Notes under the pieces: model-generated
Databases searched by the model: none
Seen by the model: the letters and a program-made list of their open reading frames with translations, nothing else
What the model was told of the DNA's origin: nothing
Made by a program: the position numbers and the translations under genes
Assembly: GCA_965216295.1 (NCBI GenBank)
Contig: OZ244141.1
Location: forward strand, 225,819-289,818
Length of the DNA: 64,000 nt
Direction of reading: 5' to 3'
From: Minisyncoccota bacterium
GTDB lineage: Bacteria; Patescibacteriota; Minisyncoccia; Phycocordibacterales; JABAAK01
Part shown: in pieces, positions 40,259 to 49,719 of the stretch
Layout of the letters: the number at the start of each line of letters is the position of its first letter
Position numbering within the stretch: the stretch's first letter is position 1

Positions 40259-41464
40259 ATGTTATTTGATTATAAAATATTAAGCAAAACCGAAGGAGAA
40301 CAGTCTGGTCAGATTGAAGCACATAGTAAAGCAAATGCTGTTGCTCTCTTACAAGGGAAAGGGTATGTTATTCTCACTCTATCGGAAAAAAGAGAAGCAG
40401 GTTTTTTTGGCAGTGAAATTCGTATTTTTCAAAGAGTGAAGACAAGTGATTTGGTTATTTTTTCGCGACAAGTTGCAACACTCTTTGAGGCAGAAGTTTC
40501 TGCGTTGCGAACTTTCAATTTGGTTGCAGAGAACATGCCAAACCAATACTTTAAAGAAATATTGCGAGATATTGCAAAACAAATTGAACGAGGATCTTCC
40601 ATTGAAGATTCGTTCAAGAAGTACACAAAGATTTTTGGTAACTTTTTTGTCAGTATTGTTGCTGTTGGTGAACAGTCTGGTACGCTTTCACGATCGTTTT
40701 CTTATCTTGCCGATTACACCGAGCGGTATAACGAATTGATTTCTCGTGTACGACGGGCGATGACCTACCCTATTTTTGTTATTACCGTCTTTTTTGCCAT
40801 CATGCTTTTCATGTTTGCGACGGTCATACCACAGATAGCATCTATCTTGGAACAATCAGGTAAAGACTTACCAGTGATCACGGAGATAATTCTCTCTATC
40901 AGCAGGTTTGTCAATGCCAATGCACTCCTCATTATACTTGTGATTGTTGCGGGTATTATTCTGTCAATGTGGTATTACCGCACCACACCGGGAAGAAAGA
41001 TGTTTCACACTGTTTCAGTTGAAATACCTCTTATTGGCAAATTGGTGCGTGAGTTTTACCTGGTTCGATTTGCAGATAACCTATCCGTTATGCTTGCCAG
41101 CGGTGTTCCTATCATCGTTGCGCTTGATACTGTCACAAAAGTTATCAATAATGTCGTCTACAAAGAAGCACTTGAAAATATTTCTCAATTAGTACGGCAG
41201 GGAGCACCACTTTCAACAGCTATTCGTACTGAACGCCTTTTAAGTGAAGACTTAACCCACATTATCCGTGTTGGTGAAGAATCAGGTGAACTCAGCAAAA
41301 TACTCTCTGTTGTTGCTAACTTTTACGACCAGCAATTACAGACAACCATAGCAACTGTTATTGAACTGGTACAACCAACGGTTATTGTTTTCCTTGGTCT
41401 TGCTGTTGGGGTTCTCATCGGGGCGGTCATTCTCCCTATCTACAACCTCTCTGGGGCACTCTAG
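40259..41464 (+). CDS. pilC: Type IV pilus inner-membrane platform protein PilC (GspF family).
   Basis: It has two GspF repeats, 3 TM helices and an AGGAG RBS 5 nt upstream. Length is 401 aa. Confidence 0.8.
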   Translation: MLFDYKILSKTEGEQSGQIEAHSKANAVALLQGKGYVILTLSEKREAGFFGSEIRIFQRVKTSDLVIFSRQVATLFEAEVSALRTFNLVAENMPNQYFKEILRDIAKQIERGSSIEDSFKKYTKIFGNFFVSIVAVGEQSGTLSRSFSYLADYTERYNELISRVRRAMTYPIFVITVFFAIMLFMFATVIPQIASILEQSGKDLPVITEIILSISRFVNANALLIILVIVAGIILSMWYYRTTPGRKMFHTVSVEIPLIGKLVREFYLVRFADNLSVMLASGVPIIVALDTVTKVINNVVYKEALENISQLVRQGAPLSTAIRTERLLSEDLTHIIRVGEESGELSKILSVVANFYDQQLQTTIATVIELVQPTVIVFLGLAVGVLIGAVILPIYNLSGAL

Positions 41465-41519
41465 GGGTAATTGTTGATGGTCTCTGTCGAACCTTTAGAT
41501 GATAGTGTATACTACGCAT

Positions 41520-42014
41520 ATGATACAAAAGAGCGGATTCACACTCATTGAACTTCTCATTGTCGTTGCTATTATTGGTATCCTATCGTCCATTGTTTTG
41601 ATCACTCTCTCTGATTCTGGAGATGAGGCAGAAAATACAAAAATAAAGTATGAGTTGCGGCAGATTCACACGGCAGCGACATTGTACAAGTTGGAAAAAA
41701 CCCCTCGATCATTTGAAGGATTCTGTGGTCACGGAAAAATTCAACCAATATATAAAAGTTTTGGTTATGTTGCGACTTGTGCTGCCGGGGTCAATACATG
41801 TGCTATACGAGTTAGTGATGAAAATAACGCAAAAATCATCGGTAATTGTGCGTCTAAATCTGATGGGTGGTTAGTGTATGTTCAAAACGCAACAGGAGTA
41901 GAAGAACCACAATCGTCTGACGATTATGAGAAAAATTATTGGTGTGTTGATAGTAATGGAGGTGCTCCAAAAGGCCGTGGGACCGCTCCTGGCGGTACCG
42001 ACTATGCGTGTTAA
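41520..42014 (+). CDS. Type IV major pilin paralogue 1 (prepilin).
   Basis: The class III signal is MIQKSG|FTLIELLIVVAIIGILSSIV (E at +5). The C-terminal disulfide loop is C..(~20)..C. The track start at 41499 would give an over-long leader. Confidence 0.8.
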   Translation: MIQKSGFTLIELLIVVAIIGILSSIVLITLSDSGDEAENTKIKYELRQIHTAATLYKLEKTPRSFEGFCGHGKIQPIYKSFGYVATCAAGVNTCAIRVSDENNAKIIGNCASKSDGWLVYVQNATGVEEPQSSDDYEKNYWCVDSNGGAPKGRGTAPGGTDYAC

Positions 42015-42095
42015 TAGACGTAGTCTCTTAGATAGGTGAGTGGTAATATATGTTTATAAATTGAAAGAGGGGTATAAATCTTTTTATTTTCGTTT

Positions 42096-42581
42096 ATGAT
42101 TACAAATACACAAAAACAAGGATTCACACTCATTGAACTTCTCATTGTCGTTGCTATTATTGGTATCCTATCGTCCATTGTTTTGATCACTCTCTCTGAT
42201 TCTGGAGATGAGGCAGAAAATACAAAAATAAAGTATGAGTTGCGGCAGATTCACACGGCAGCGATACAGTACAAATTGAAAAAGAGACCTCGGTCGTTTG
42301 GGGGTTTCTGTCTCAGTAAAACGGTGGAACCAGTGTTTAAAAGTTTAGGTATTGATTGCCCCACTCCGCTTCCCCGGACCACGCTGAATAGTTGTTTGAT
42401 CAATCAGGATATTGCTGGTTGTAAGTCTAAAGTGACTAATGCGAGTAGTTCAGATAGTTGGGTAGTATATGCTAAAAAAGCTGAAGGGGTAGGATATTGG
42501 TGTGTTGATAGTAAAGGGAATATTCCGAAGGAGATTAGTAGCAAACCAACAAATTTTGTTTATCTTTGTCCTGGTAGTTGA
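42096..42581 (+). CDS. Type IV major pilin paralogue 2.
   Basis: The leader is MITNTQKQG|FTLIEL. The first ~55 aa (~170 nt) are identical to paralogue 1 and the C-terminal domain is divergent. Confidence 0.8.
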   Translation: MITNTQKQGFTLIELLIVVAIIGILSSIVLITLSDSGDEAENTKIKYELRQIHTAAIQYKLKKRPRSFGGFCLSKTVEPVFKSLGIDCPTPLPRTTLNSCLINQDIAGCKSKVTNASSSDSWVVYAKKAEGVGYWCVDSKGNIPKEISSKPTNFVYLCPGS

Positions 42582-42692
42582 GGAGTATGCAACAATCTTG
42601 ATTCCAGAGAGTCATAAAAATATAGCTATTCTGTATAATCCACAGCATCTGGCATGAATAGAATTCTTTGTGGTATCATATACTCGTTATAT

Positions 42693-43169
42693 ATGATAGA
42701 TTCATTTCGCACAGAATATCGCAATCATCAAGGTTTTACTCTTATTGAACTTCTCATTGTGGTTGCTATTATCGGTATCTTATCATCCATTGTTGTTGTA
42801 ACACTTGCCGATCAAGGAGATAAAGCGGATGATGCGAAAATTCAATTTGAGATACGACAGTTACCAACAGCGGCTGCAGTGTATATACGTACTGAGGGTG
42901 TTGATGGTTACACTAGTTTTTGTGCTGACTCCAAGATTGAATCTGTGTTAGAAAGTTTGCATAAGACTTTGGGAGATGATACTAGTCTTTCTAATGTTAC
43001 TGTTGGGGAAACTGCTAATGTTAGGTGTAACGATGCAAAAGAAGCGTGGGCTGTGTGGAGTAAATTGAAAAGTGGTGATACTGTCTATTGGTGTATAGAC
43101 TCTAAGTCGGGGGGGGCAAAGAAGCTTAGTGCTGCACCAACAGACAACGCTGCCACGGTTTGTCCGTAA
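42693..43169 (+). CDS. Type IV pilin paralogue 3.
   Basis: The leader is ...NHQG|FTLIELLIVVAIIGILSSIVVV. The C-terminus has the conserved YWCIDSK...C motif. Confidence 0.75.
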   Translation: MIDSFRTEYRNHQGFTLIELLIVVAIIGILSSIVVVTLADQGDKADDAKIQFEIRQLPTAAAVYIRTEGVDGYTSFCADSKIESVLESLHKTLGDDTSLSNVTVGETANVRCNDAKEAWAVWSKLKSGDTVYWCIDSKSGGAKKLSAAPTDNAATVCP

Positions 43170-43256
43170 AGTATTACCTAAGGTTGAAGCATGCCTGCCG
43201 TTGCACTCTTGTAACATGTCGGCGATTTAGTTGAATTTCTATTACACAGAGAATGT

Positions 43257-43655
43257 ATGTCATATAGTACTAAAGGTTTTACACTTGCTGAATTGTTGAT
43301 TGTTATTACAGTGATGGGTATTCTTTCCAGCATTGTGGTAGTGTCATTAACCGATGTTAGTGATAATGCGAGAACTGATTTATTGGAAACAGATAGTAAA
43401 AGCCTTTTCCCCCTTGCCGTGCTACATTTTGGTGAACGAGGAAGTTATAGAGGATTTTGTGATGATGCGGGTGTTAAGAAGTATACCGATGTCAGTGTGG
43501 ATAGTGGCTGTAGCATCAGTTCTAATGGGTCGGAATGGGTAGTATGGCTGAAACAAGAAGAAACAGACCTATGGCAGTGTGTTGACTCAACATTAGCAAG
43601 AACAACTGATTCAAAAAGTATTTCTGTTAAACCCACCGACTCGTGTGATGAGTGA
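43257..43655 (+). CDS. Type IV pilin paralogue 4.
   Basis: The leader is MSYSTKG|FTLAELLIVITVMGILSSIVVV. The C-terminus is WQCVDS...C. Confidence 0.75.
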   Translation: MSYSTKGFTLAELLIVITVMGILSSIVVVSLTDVSDNARTDLLETDSKSLFPLAVLHFGERGSYRGFCDDAGVKKYTDVSVDSGCSISSNGSEWVVWLKQEETDLWQCVDSTLARTTDSKSISVKPTDSCDE

Positions 43656-43673
43656 TAGACATCACGGTATACT

Positions 43674-44588
43674 GTGGTTGTGAATAGAGGTCTAGGTATA
43701 GAGAAGAAGGGTTTTTCCATTGTTGAATTATTGGTCACCGTTGGTGTCATCGCTGCAATCACCACTTTAATATTATGGAACTATCAAAGTTTTACTGCAC
43801 GCAGTGTTTTGCGGACAAGGACGGCTGATATTACCGCATTAATACGTCTGGCGCAGGCATATTCAACAACAACCTATCTTTCGGAAGATAGAATATCTAC
43901 TCCTGGTACTGATTATCTTTTTGGATTTGACTCGGTAAATATCCGTGTTCGTGGAGGGAAATTATATTCATATCAAATAGAGTCCACAAACAAGATATTT
44001 GAATCCTATGTGAACACTTTTTACTCGCAAGATTTTTCAAGTAACGATGCTGGAGTACTAGGTAGGGATGAACTAAGTACCTATGAGTTAGATGAAGAAA
44101 ATCGGTATACCGTTCGATACTGCCTGTTAGGAGATTTTAAAGATGATGTACAAGAAGGTATTCATAACCCTCAACCATTAACTGGTGATGATGATGGAAA
44201 ATTAAACATGGTATGTGCCCGAGATGGGTCTCCATATGAAATGAGTTCTGATTTATTGGCCCTCAACACAGGAGATGCAAAAGAAGGAAAGGTGAATTTT
44301 GATATACACATATCATTTGAACGTCCAACGGCTGAGCCATTCTCAGCAGTTATATGGTTCAAGAATTGTACCAATAATGGTTGTCCACTTCCTGAGGATG
44401 ATGATGATATTATAATTATCCCTTCTGGAGATCCTCGTACTTTTAAAGTACGCTCCAATCATACGACAGTAGAAAACATATATGGTATTCGCGTCTTTCT
44501 CATAAATAGAGATGATGATGATAACACCTTTCGTTACTTTGATGTTCTAGAAACAGGGCTTGTGGTGTTACAAACACCCGATGGTTAA
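43674..44588 (+). CDS. Minor pilin-like protein (304 aa) with a prepilin-type N-terminus.
   Basis: The leader is ...GIEKKG|FSIVELLVTVGVIAAITT. The start is GTG. Confidence 0.6.
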   Translation: MVVNRGLGIEKKGFSIVELLVTVGVIAAITTLILWNYQSFTARSVLRTRTADITALIRLAQAYSTTTYLSEDRISTPGTDYLFGFDSVNIRVRGGKLYSYQIESTNKIFESYVNTFYSQDFSSNDAGVLGRDELSTYELDEENRYTVRYCLLGDFKDDVQEGIHNPQPLTGDDDGKLNMVCARDGSPYEMSSDLLALNTGDAKEGKVNFDIHISFERPTAEPFSAVIWFKNCTNNGCPLPEDDDDIIIIPSGDPRTFKVRSNHTTVENIYGIRVFLINRDDDDNTFRYFDVLETGLVVLQTPDG

Positions 44589-44614
44589 CATTTCCGATTC
44601 TGAAGAATGATGCT

Positions 44615-46726
44615 GTGCGTTATACTACATTTGTGAGAGGACATAGAAAAAAACAATGCTATAGTAGAGGTTTTACCCTTGTTGAGTTGTTGGTTGCAAT
44701 TACCGTTTTTACTATTTTCATTACAATCCTCATCTCAGTTTTTACCAGTTTTATTCAATTTCAAAGTATTTCACAGAATGAACGACAGGCGATTGATACG
44801 CTTGCTGGAGCAGTTGACACTATTTCTCGAGAAGCACGACTTGGTCATGATTACCGATGTGGAAGAGAGGTGGCGTCAGCGAGTGGGAGAGGAAGAGAAC
44901 CAGAGTGTCGCTGTTTTGTCTTTAAAGATCAGTTAGGTCGTGAGGTTGAGTATCGTTGGCGTAGTGATAAGGAGCGTCTAGAAAAAAAGATTAACAGGTT
45001 GGAAGATGCGAGGGATGGATGTGGCTTAAGCGACAGTGGAGCTGTTGAGAGTACTGACGGATGGGTTCCAGCGACAGATAAATCTATCGCGTTAGGAAAA
45101 GTACTATTTTACATTGATGGTGGCTCGAGCAATATACAACCAAGGGCAAGAGTGTTTTTCAATGGCACCTACGTTGTTGAAGGAAAGGATAGGAGCATTA
45201 CTCTCTCCACACAGGTAACACAGCGGGTGTTAGACCTTGGTTCCACACAGGATAAACTAAAGAACCTCATTTTAGGAACTAATACTATTAGTTCAGCAGC
45301 GTCAATTGCGTATGTTTATGGAGATGATGGTGTCTGTTACGATGAGTTGGGATCTGGACAGGGTGATGGGACTTCAGAAACCAACTGCGATTTTGAGAAG
45401 GAAATAAAGGATGTTGTGTATGTGCATAATGGAGGAAATTCTTATGAGCTCTACATACTCACAACAGACGGTTTTGTATTTTTTGTTACCAATTCAGATT
45501 TAAATAATCTGTTTTCCACTCAAGTTAGCAATGACAGGATAGAAGTTACCACAAGGGTAGTTGGTATGAAGTCTGGAGGTTCCTGTCGGCGTAGACCAAG
45601 AGGAAAACCAGGAAGTTGCTTAAATGATCCACAGAGAATTAAAAGTATATACTCTGCTTTTAAGGGAGAAAATCATGTTGTCTACGCATTATCTGATGAT
45701 GGTAATTTATATGGTATTAAAAAAAACAAAGGAACACGCCTTCTCAAGGGTATCAGTAAAATTGAAAAAATAATAACAGGAGAAGAATTTTCTACCAAGG
45801 CGAAGAAGAGGATAGTGTTATACACACAAGATGGAAATAAGATTGCTATATTTAATGGCTCTATCGGAGAAAATGACGTTCTACCGAATAATGAGGTTCG
45901 TAATGCTGACGTGAGTGAGAATATTCCAGGAACATTTCTCGGTGTTGTTCGTGAAATTAAGAACGGTGGTATTAAAGAATTTGGGTTATTAGAGTATGAG
46001 GGGGAAAACAGTGATGAAAAAGAAATTAAAGATTTTCGTTACTCTCCCTCTAGACCAATTGTCTGTCAGCATAATAAGTTCAACAAACTCGATCGTACTG
46101 GTGCAACAAGCTTTACAATCAAAGATCTTGCGTATTGGCATGGTAATTCGGATGACTACCTCTACCTTCTGGGTAAAAATGGTTTTGTTTATAAAAGCAA
46201 TAACGTAACTTCTTGTTCTTCTGGTGGTAGTAAACTACAAGACTGGGAAAAAGTTACTGAAGGTATAAAGGATTTGTTCCCAACGAAGGTTGAAAGGGGA
46301 GATAATTTTATTTATGCTTTCAATGGAGACGGTAACCTGATAAAGATAGATACAGATACCGTTACTGTTTTCAATGAAGGTGACAACAGATTTCTGGATC
46401 AACCAGGAGAGATAGGTTTTACACAAGCAACCAGTTTTATCAATAATAGACAGTTTCTTGTTGGCACATATGAAGACGAAAGTGGACAATTACAGAAATC
46501 GCTCTTTGCTCATGAAAATAATGATACTGTTGAACCACCACCGTGTTCCATTGACCCCGATTCTCAAGCATCAGCAGGCTGTGTTAGTAGTTTTGATATT
46601 AATGATAAGGAAATAAATAAAGAGGTGAGGAGGTTTGAAGGAGAGTGCGTAGAAAGTGCTTGCACAGAAGAAAAAAAGATTAGTATTTATAAATTCAACA
46701 TAAAGATTGTCGAGGCAAAACCATAA
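44615..46726 (+). CDS. Large pilin-fold protein (703 aa) with repeated beta-propeller-like blades; candidate pilus tip adhesin.
   Basis: The prepilin N-terminus is ...YSRG|FTLVELLVAITVFTIFITILISV. It has a recurring Y.L..DG..Y/F motif (YELYILTTDGFVFF, VVYALSDDGNLYGI, YLYLLGKNGFVYKS, FIYAFNGDGNLIKI). The start is GTG. Confidence 0.55.
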   Translation: MRYTTFVRGHRKKQCYSRGFTLVELLVAITVFTIFITILISVFTSFIQFQSISQNERQAIDTLAGAVDTISREARLGHDYRCGREVASASGRGREPECRCFVFKDQLGREVEYRWRSDKERLEKKINRLEDARDGCGLSDSGAVESTDGWVPATDKSIALGKVLFYIDGGSSNIQPRARVFFNGTYVVEGKDRSITLSTQVTQRVLDLGSTQDKLKNLILGTNTISSAASIAYVYGDDGVCYDELGSGQGDGTSETNCDFEKEIKDVVYVHNGGNSYELYILTTDGFVFFVTNSDLNNLFSTQVSNDRIEVTTRVVGMKSGGSCRRRPRGKPGSCLNDPQRIKSIYSAFKGENHVVYALSDDGNLYGIKKNKGTRLLKGISKIEKIITGEEFSTKAKKRIVLYTQDGNKIAIFNGSIGENDVLPNNEVRNADVSENIPGTFLGVVREIKNGGIKEFGLLEYEGENSDEKEIKDFRYSPSRPIVCQHNKFNKLDRTGATSFTIKDLAYWHGNSDDYLYLLGKNGFVYKSNNVTSCSSGGSKLQDWEKVTEGIKDLFPTKVERGDNFIYAFNGDGNLIKIDTDTVTVFNEGDNRFLDQPGEIGFTQATSFINNRQFLVGTYEDESGQLQKSLFAHENNDTVEPPPCSIDPDSQASAGCVSSFDINDKEINKEVRRFEGECVESACTEEKKISIYKFNIKIVEAKP

Positions 46727-46740
46727 CTTTTGGAAACCAT

Positions 46741-47535
46741 ATGATTATAGTTTTTTTAGAAATAAGTATTCTTTTCATTACTTTTTTTGTTGGTGCATCT
46801 GTTGGGAGTTTCATGAACGTTGTGTGTAGCCGTGGTTCTTGGAAAGCGGCACTTCATGGGAGATCTCACTGTGATGGGTGTGGTAGAGCACTACGATGGT
46901 ATCATCTTATACCAGTAGTTTCATATCTCATCTGTCGTGCACGGTGTCAAAAATGTCAGATTATTATTCCATTTTCATACTTTCTCGTTGAAATTCTTTT
47001 GGGAACTCTATTCGTTCTTGCGGCAATACAATTACCAGACATCACTCTCGCATTCACCATCCTTGTCGCAAGTGTGTTTCTTGTTCCTATGGTTGTTTCT
47101 GATGCTGTTTCGTTCGATGTACCAGAACACCTCTCACTCCCATTTGCTTGGTTAACATTTGGTGTTGCCTCTGCCTACACATTTATCACTCTCTCTGTCA
47201 TACCATTGTTGGTTGGTCTTGGACTTGCAGCACCGTTCTTTGCGCTCTGGTATTTTTCCAAGGGAAAAGCGATGGGTCTCGGTGACGCAAAAGTTGCCCT
47301 ATCACTCGGGTTTCTCATTGCATCACCAATACTAGCGGCAGTGATTTTTCTCTATACTTTTTGGTTTGGAGTTATAGCAGCTCTGTGTTTTATCCTATTC
47401 TCTTTTCTCCAGAAGGGAGGGTCGATAGCACAATTTCGCAAAAGAGAAATACCTCTGTTGCCGTTCATGGCACTTTCCTTTTTTGTCGTTCTTTTAGGTG
47501 GTGCAACGCCATTTCTGATACTCGTTGGTCTATAA
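46741..47535 (+). CDS. pilD: Prepilin peptidase PilD (A24 family).
   Basis: The N-terminal Zn-binding CxxC...CxxC (CSRGS...CDGCGRAL...CQKCQ), multiple TM helices and the conserved LGDAKV motif are present. Confidence 0.8.
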   Translation: MIIVFLEISILFITFFVGASVGSFMNVVCSRGSWKAALHGRSHCDGCGRALRWYHLIPVVSYLICRARCQKCQIIIPFSYFLVEILLGTLFVLAAIQLPDITLAFTILVASVFLVPMVVSDAVSFDVPEHLSLPFAWLTFGVASAYTFITLSVIPLLVGLGLAAPFFALWYFSKGKAMGLGDAKVALSLGFLIASPILAAVIFLYTFWFGVIAALCFILFSFLQKGGSIAQFRKREIPLLPFMALSFFVVLLGGATPFLILVGL

Positions 47536-47560
47536 GTCGATATGGTATAGTGAGCGTCAT

Positions 47561-47638
47561 GCAGTGGTAGCTCAGCTGGTTTAGAGCACCCGCCTGTCAC
47601 GCGGGAGGTCGCGGGTTCAAATCCCGTCCGCTGCGCCA
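47561..47638 (+). tRNA. tRNA-Asp (anticodon GTC), CCA encoded.
   Basis: gcagtggtagctcagctggtttagagcacccgcctGTCacgcgggaggtcgcgggttcaaatcccgtccgctgcgCCA. Confidence 0.85.
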
Positions 47639-47671
47639 AGTTGGTGATATCTTCCGTGTATACTAGTAGGT

Positions 47672-47968
47672 ATGGTAGATGTTGCACTTCCTTTTGCCGC
47701 AACCGCACTTGCATGGATTTTGCCTGGTATGGTTGGTGGGTTGCTACGAGCTCTCGTTGGTATTTCCAAGAATGTTCTTGCTTCAAAGAAACGTTTAGAA
47801 CCGTGGCGAGTTGTTTTTACATTACTGGTGGGTGGTATTATCGGTGGAGTTGCTGGTGCACTTGTCGGTGGTGATTGGCGCATTTCTCTCCTTGCCGGGT
47901 ATGCAGGATCAGATCTTCTTGAAGCACTCTATAAGACACGTATCCTAGGTCTCTTTCGGCTCTTCTAA
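47672..47968 (+). CDS. Small membrane protein (hypothetical, 98 aa) between two tRNAs.
   Basis: Two hydrophobic helices rich in G/A/V. Confidence 0.35.
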   Translation: MVDVALPFAATALAWILPGMVGGLLRALVGISKNVLASKKRLEPWRVVFTLLVGGIIGGVAGALVGGDWRISLLAGYAGSDLLEALYKTRILGLFRLF

Positions 47969-48004
47969 CACGTCACCCATTTTTGTACTACAATTATTTT
48001 GTAC

Positions 48005-48077
48005 GCCATCTTAGCTCAGTCGGTAGAGCACTCCCATGGTAAGGGAGAGGTCGCCGGTTCAATTCCGGCAGATGGCT
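48005..48077 (+). tRNA. tRNA-Thr (anticodon GGT).
   Basis: gccatcttagctcagtcggtagagcactcccatGGTaagggagaggtcgccggttcaattccggcagatggct. CCA is not encoded. Confidence 0.8.
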
Positions 48078-48090
48078 CAAGTAAAAGACC

Positions 48091-49707
48091 ATGTCCATCA
48101 CAACAGAAGATCAGCAGGAAATCAAAACAGAGAGGTATCTCACCAAGTCTGATTTTATACAGTACTTACACTGTATGAAGTCACTGTGGTTAAAGAAAAA
48201 GCGCCCAGAAGTATATCGAAAAAATGCTACGATTACGAGTTCTCAAAAGAGTATTACAGATGGATTTACAACAGAGCGGTATGCACAAAAACTTTTCAAA
48301 GATGGTATTTTCATTCCGTCATACAGTAATGACCTTGCTTTGCAAAAAACAAAGGAGGCGATAGAAAAAGGGGATGCAGGGCAGGTTTTGTTTCAGCCAA
48401 CTTTTTGTACAAAACGAGATCTCCTCATACGTGCCGATATTCTTGAAAAAAATGATGATGGCACCTACAATCTCTATGAAGTGAAATCATCAACAAAGGT
48501 AAAAGTGTTTCCAGAAGAAAAACCACTTTTCCCAAAAGAGATTTCCTGTGGTATTGATCATCGGCATAGTCATCTTAAAGACGTCTGTTTCCAAGTCATT
48601 GTTCTAGAAGAGTGTGGTATCCCTATCCGTGAGGCATACGTTATACATCTTAATAGTTCCTATGTATTGCAAGGGGAACTTGACCTCAAGAAACTATTCA
48701 AAATTGTACCAATCACTCATGAAGTAGAGCTGATACGAGAGCAGACAGAAAAAGAGATTGCTAGTGTTCTAGTTCTTCTTCAAGAAAAACAAATTGATGA
48801 GAAGGATTGTTCGTGTTATTACAAAACAAAGACAAACCACTGTGATACGTTCTCATATTTCAATACAGCTGTTCCAGAACAATCGGTATATCTTCTCTCT
48901 GGTATCCGCGAACAGAAGTTACGAGGGTTACTCAAACAAAACATTGTTGCTCTCGCTGATTTGCCCTTAGATGACACAGTTACCGAACGACACTGTGTGC
49001 AGGTACAAGCGGTGAAAACCAATCAACGAGTGGTGCATGAGAAAAAGATTCTTGAGATGATACAACCGTTGACCTTTCCATTGTATTTTTTTGACTATGA
49101 AACAATTACCTCTCCCATACCACAGATTGAAGGTACTAAACCACATCAACAAGTACCAGTACAATTCTCTTTGCACGTGTTAGAGGAAGACCAAACTCTC
49201 AGCCACTATGAGTATCTTGCAACCCACTACAGGCAACCAGATGAACTCGTAGAAACATTTCACACGATGATCTGTGATCACGGGGATTACCAGAACGGTG
49301 TTCTCAAAGGCACTTTTATTTCCTGGCATGCCAGTTTTGAAAAATGTCGTAACGCAGAGATGGCGGAACAATTTCCCCAATACAAAGAATTTCTTCTTGC
49401 AGTCAATGAACAGACATTTGATTTAAAAAATTGCTTTATCAAGGATTTTGTTGACGCTCAATTTTATGGATCGGCGTCAATCAAAAAGGTATTGCCTGTT
49501 GTTTGTCCGAACGTGAGTTATAGCAACCTTTCAGTGCAGGACGGTATTGAAGCTCAGGAGACATGGTTACAGTTGGTGGACGAAGCACTATCCCAAGAAG
49601 AGAAGTTGGAGATACAAAAAGCACTCAAAGCGTACTGCAAGATGGATACACTGGCAATGGTTGAACTCTATACAGTTTTACGAAAGGTTTGCGACAAAGT
49701 GTTATAA
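48091..49707 (+). CDS. Cas4/RecB-like PD-(D/E)xK nuclease N-terminal domain fused to a DUF2779-like C-terminal domain.
   Basis: The N-terminus LTKSDFIQYLHCMKSLWLKKKRPE matches the Cas4-like first-Cys motif. The PD-ExK core is ADILE...YNLYEVKSSTK. Downstream Cys residues are at CSCYYKTKTNHC. The C-terminal half has FFDYETITSPIP...QQVPVQFSLH, as in DUF2779. Confidence 0.5.
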   Translation: MSITTEDQQEIKTERYLTKSDFIQYLHCMKSLWLKKKRPEVYRKNATITSSQKSITDGFTTERYAQKLFKDGIFIPSYSNDLALQKTKEAIEKGDAGQVLFQPTFCTKRDLLIRADILEKNDDGTYNLYEVKSSTKVKVFPEEKPLFPKEISCGIDHRHSHLKDVCFQVIVLEECGIPIREAYVIHLNSSYVLQGELDLKKLFKIVPITHEVELIREQTEKEIASVLVLLQEKQIDEKDCSCYYKTKTNHCDTFSYFNTAVPEQSVYLLSGIREQKLRGLLKQNIVALADLPLDDTVTERHCVQVQAVKTNQRVVHEKKILEMIQPLTFPLYFFDYETITSPIPQIEGTKPHQQVPVQFSLHVLEEDQTLSHYEYLATHYRQPDELVETFHTMICDHGDYQNGVLKGTFISWHASFEKCRNAEMAEQFPQYKEFLLAVNEQTFDLKNCFIKDFVDAQFYGSASIKKVLPVVCPNVSYSNLSVQDGIEAQETWLQLVDEALSQEEKLEIQKALKAYCKMDTLAMVELYTVLRKVCDKVL

Positions 49708-49719
49708 TGCGTATATCAT

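Noticed and set aside
47352-47883. ORFs 47352-47786(-), 47617-47883(-) and 47641-47874(+) around tRNA-Asp.
   Set aside because: They overlap the tRNA gene and pilD on the opposite strand. They are low-complexity, and no RBS or terminator supports them.
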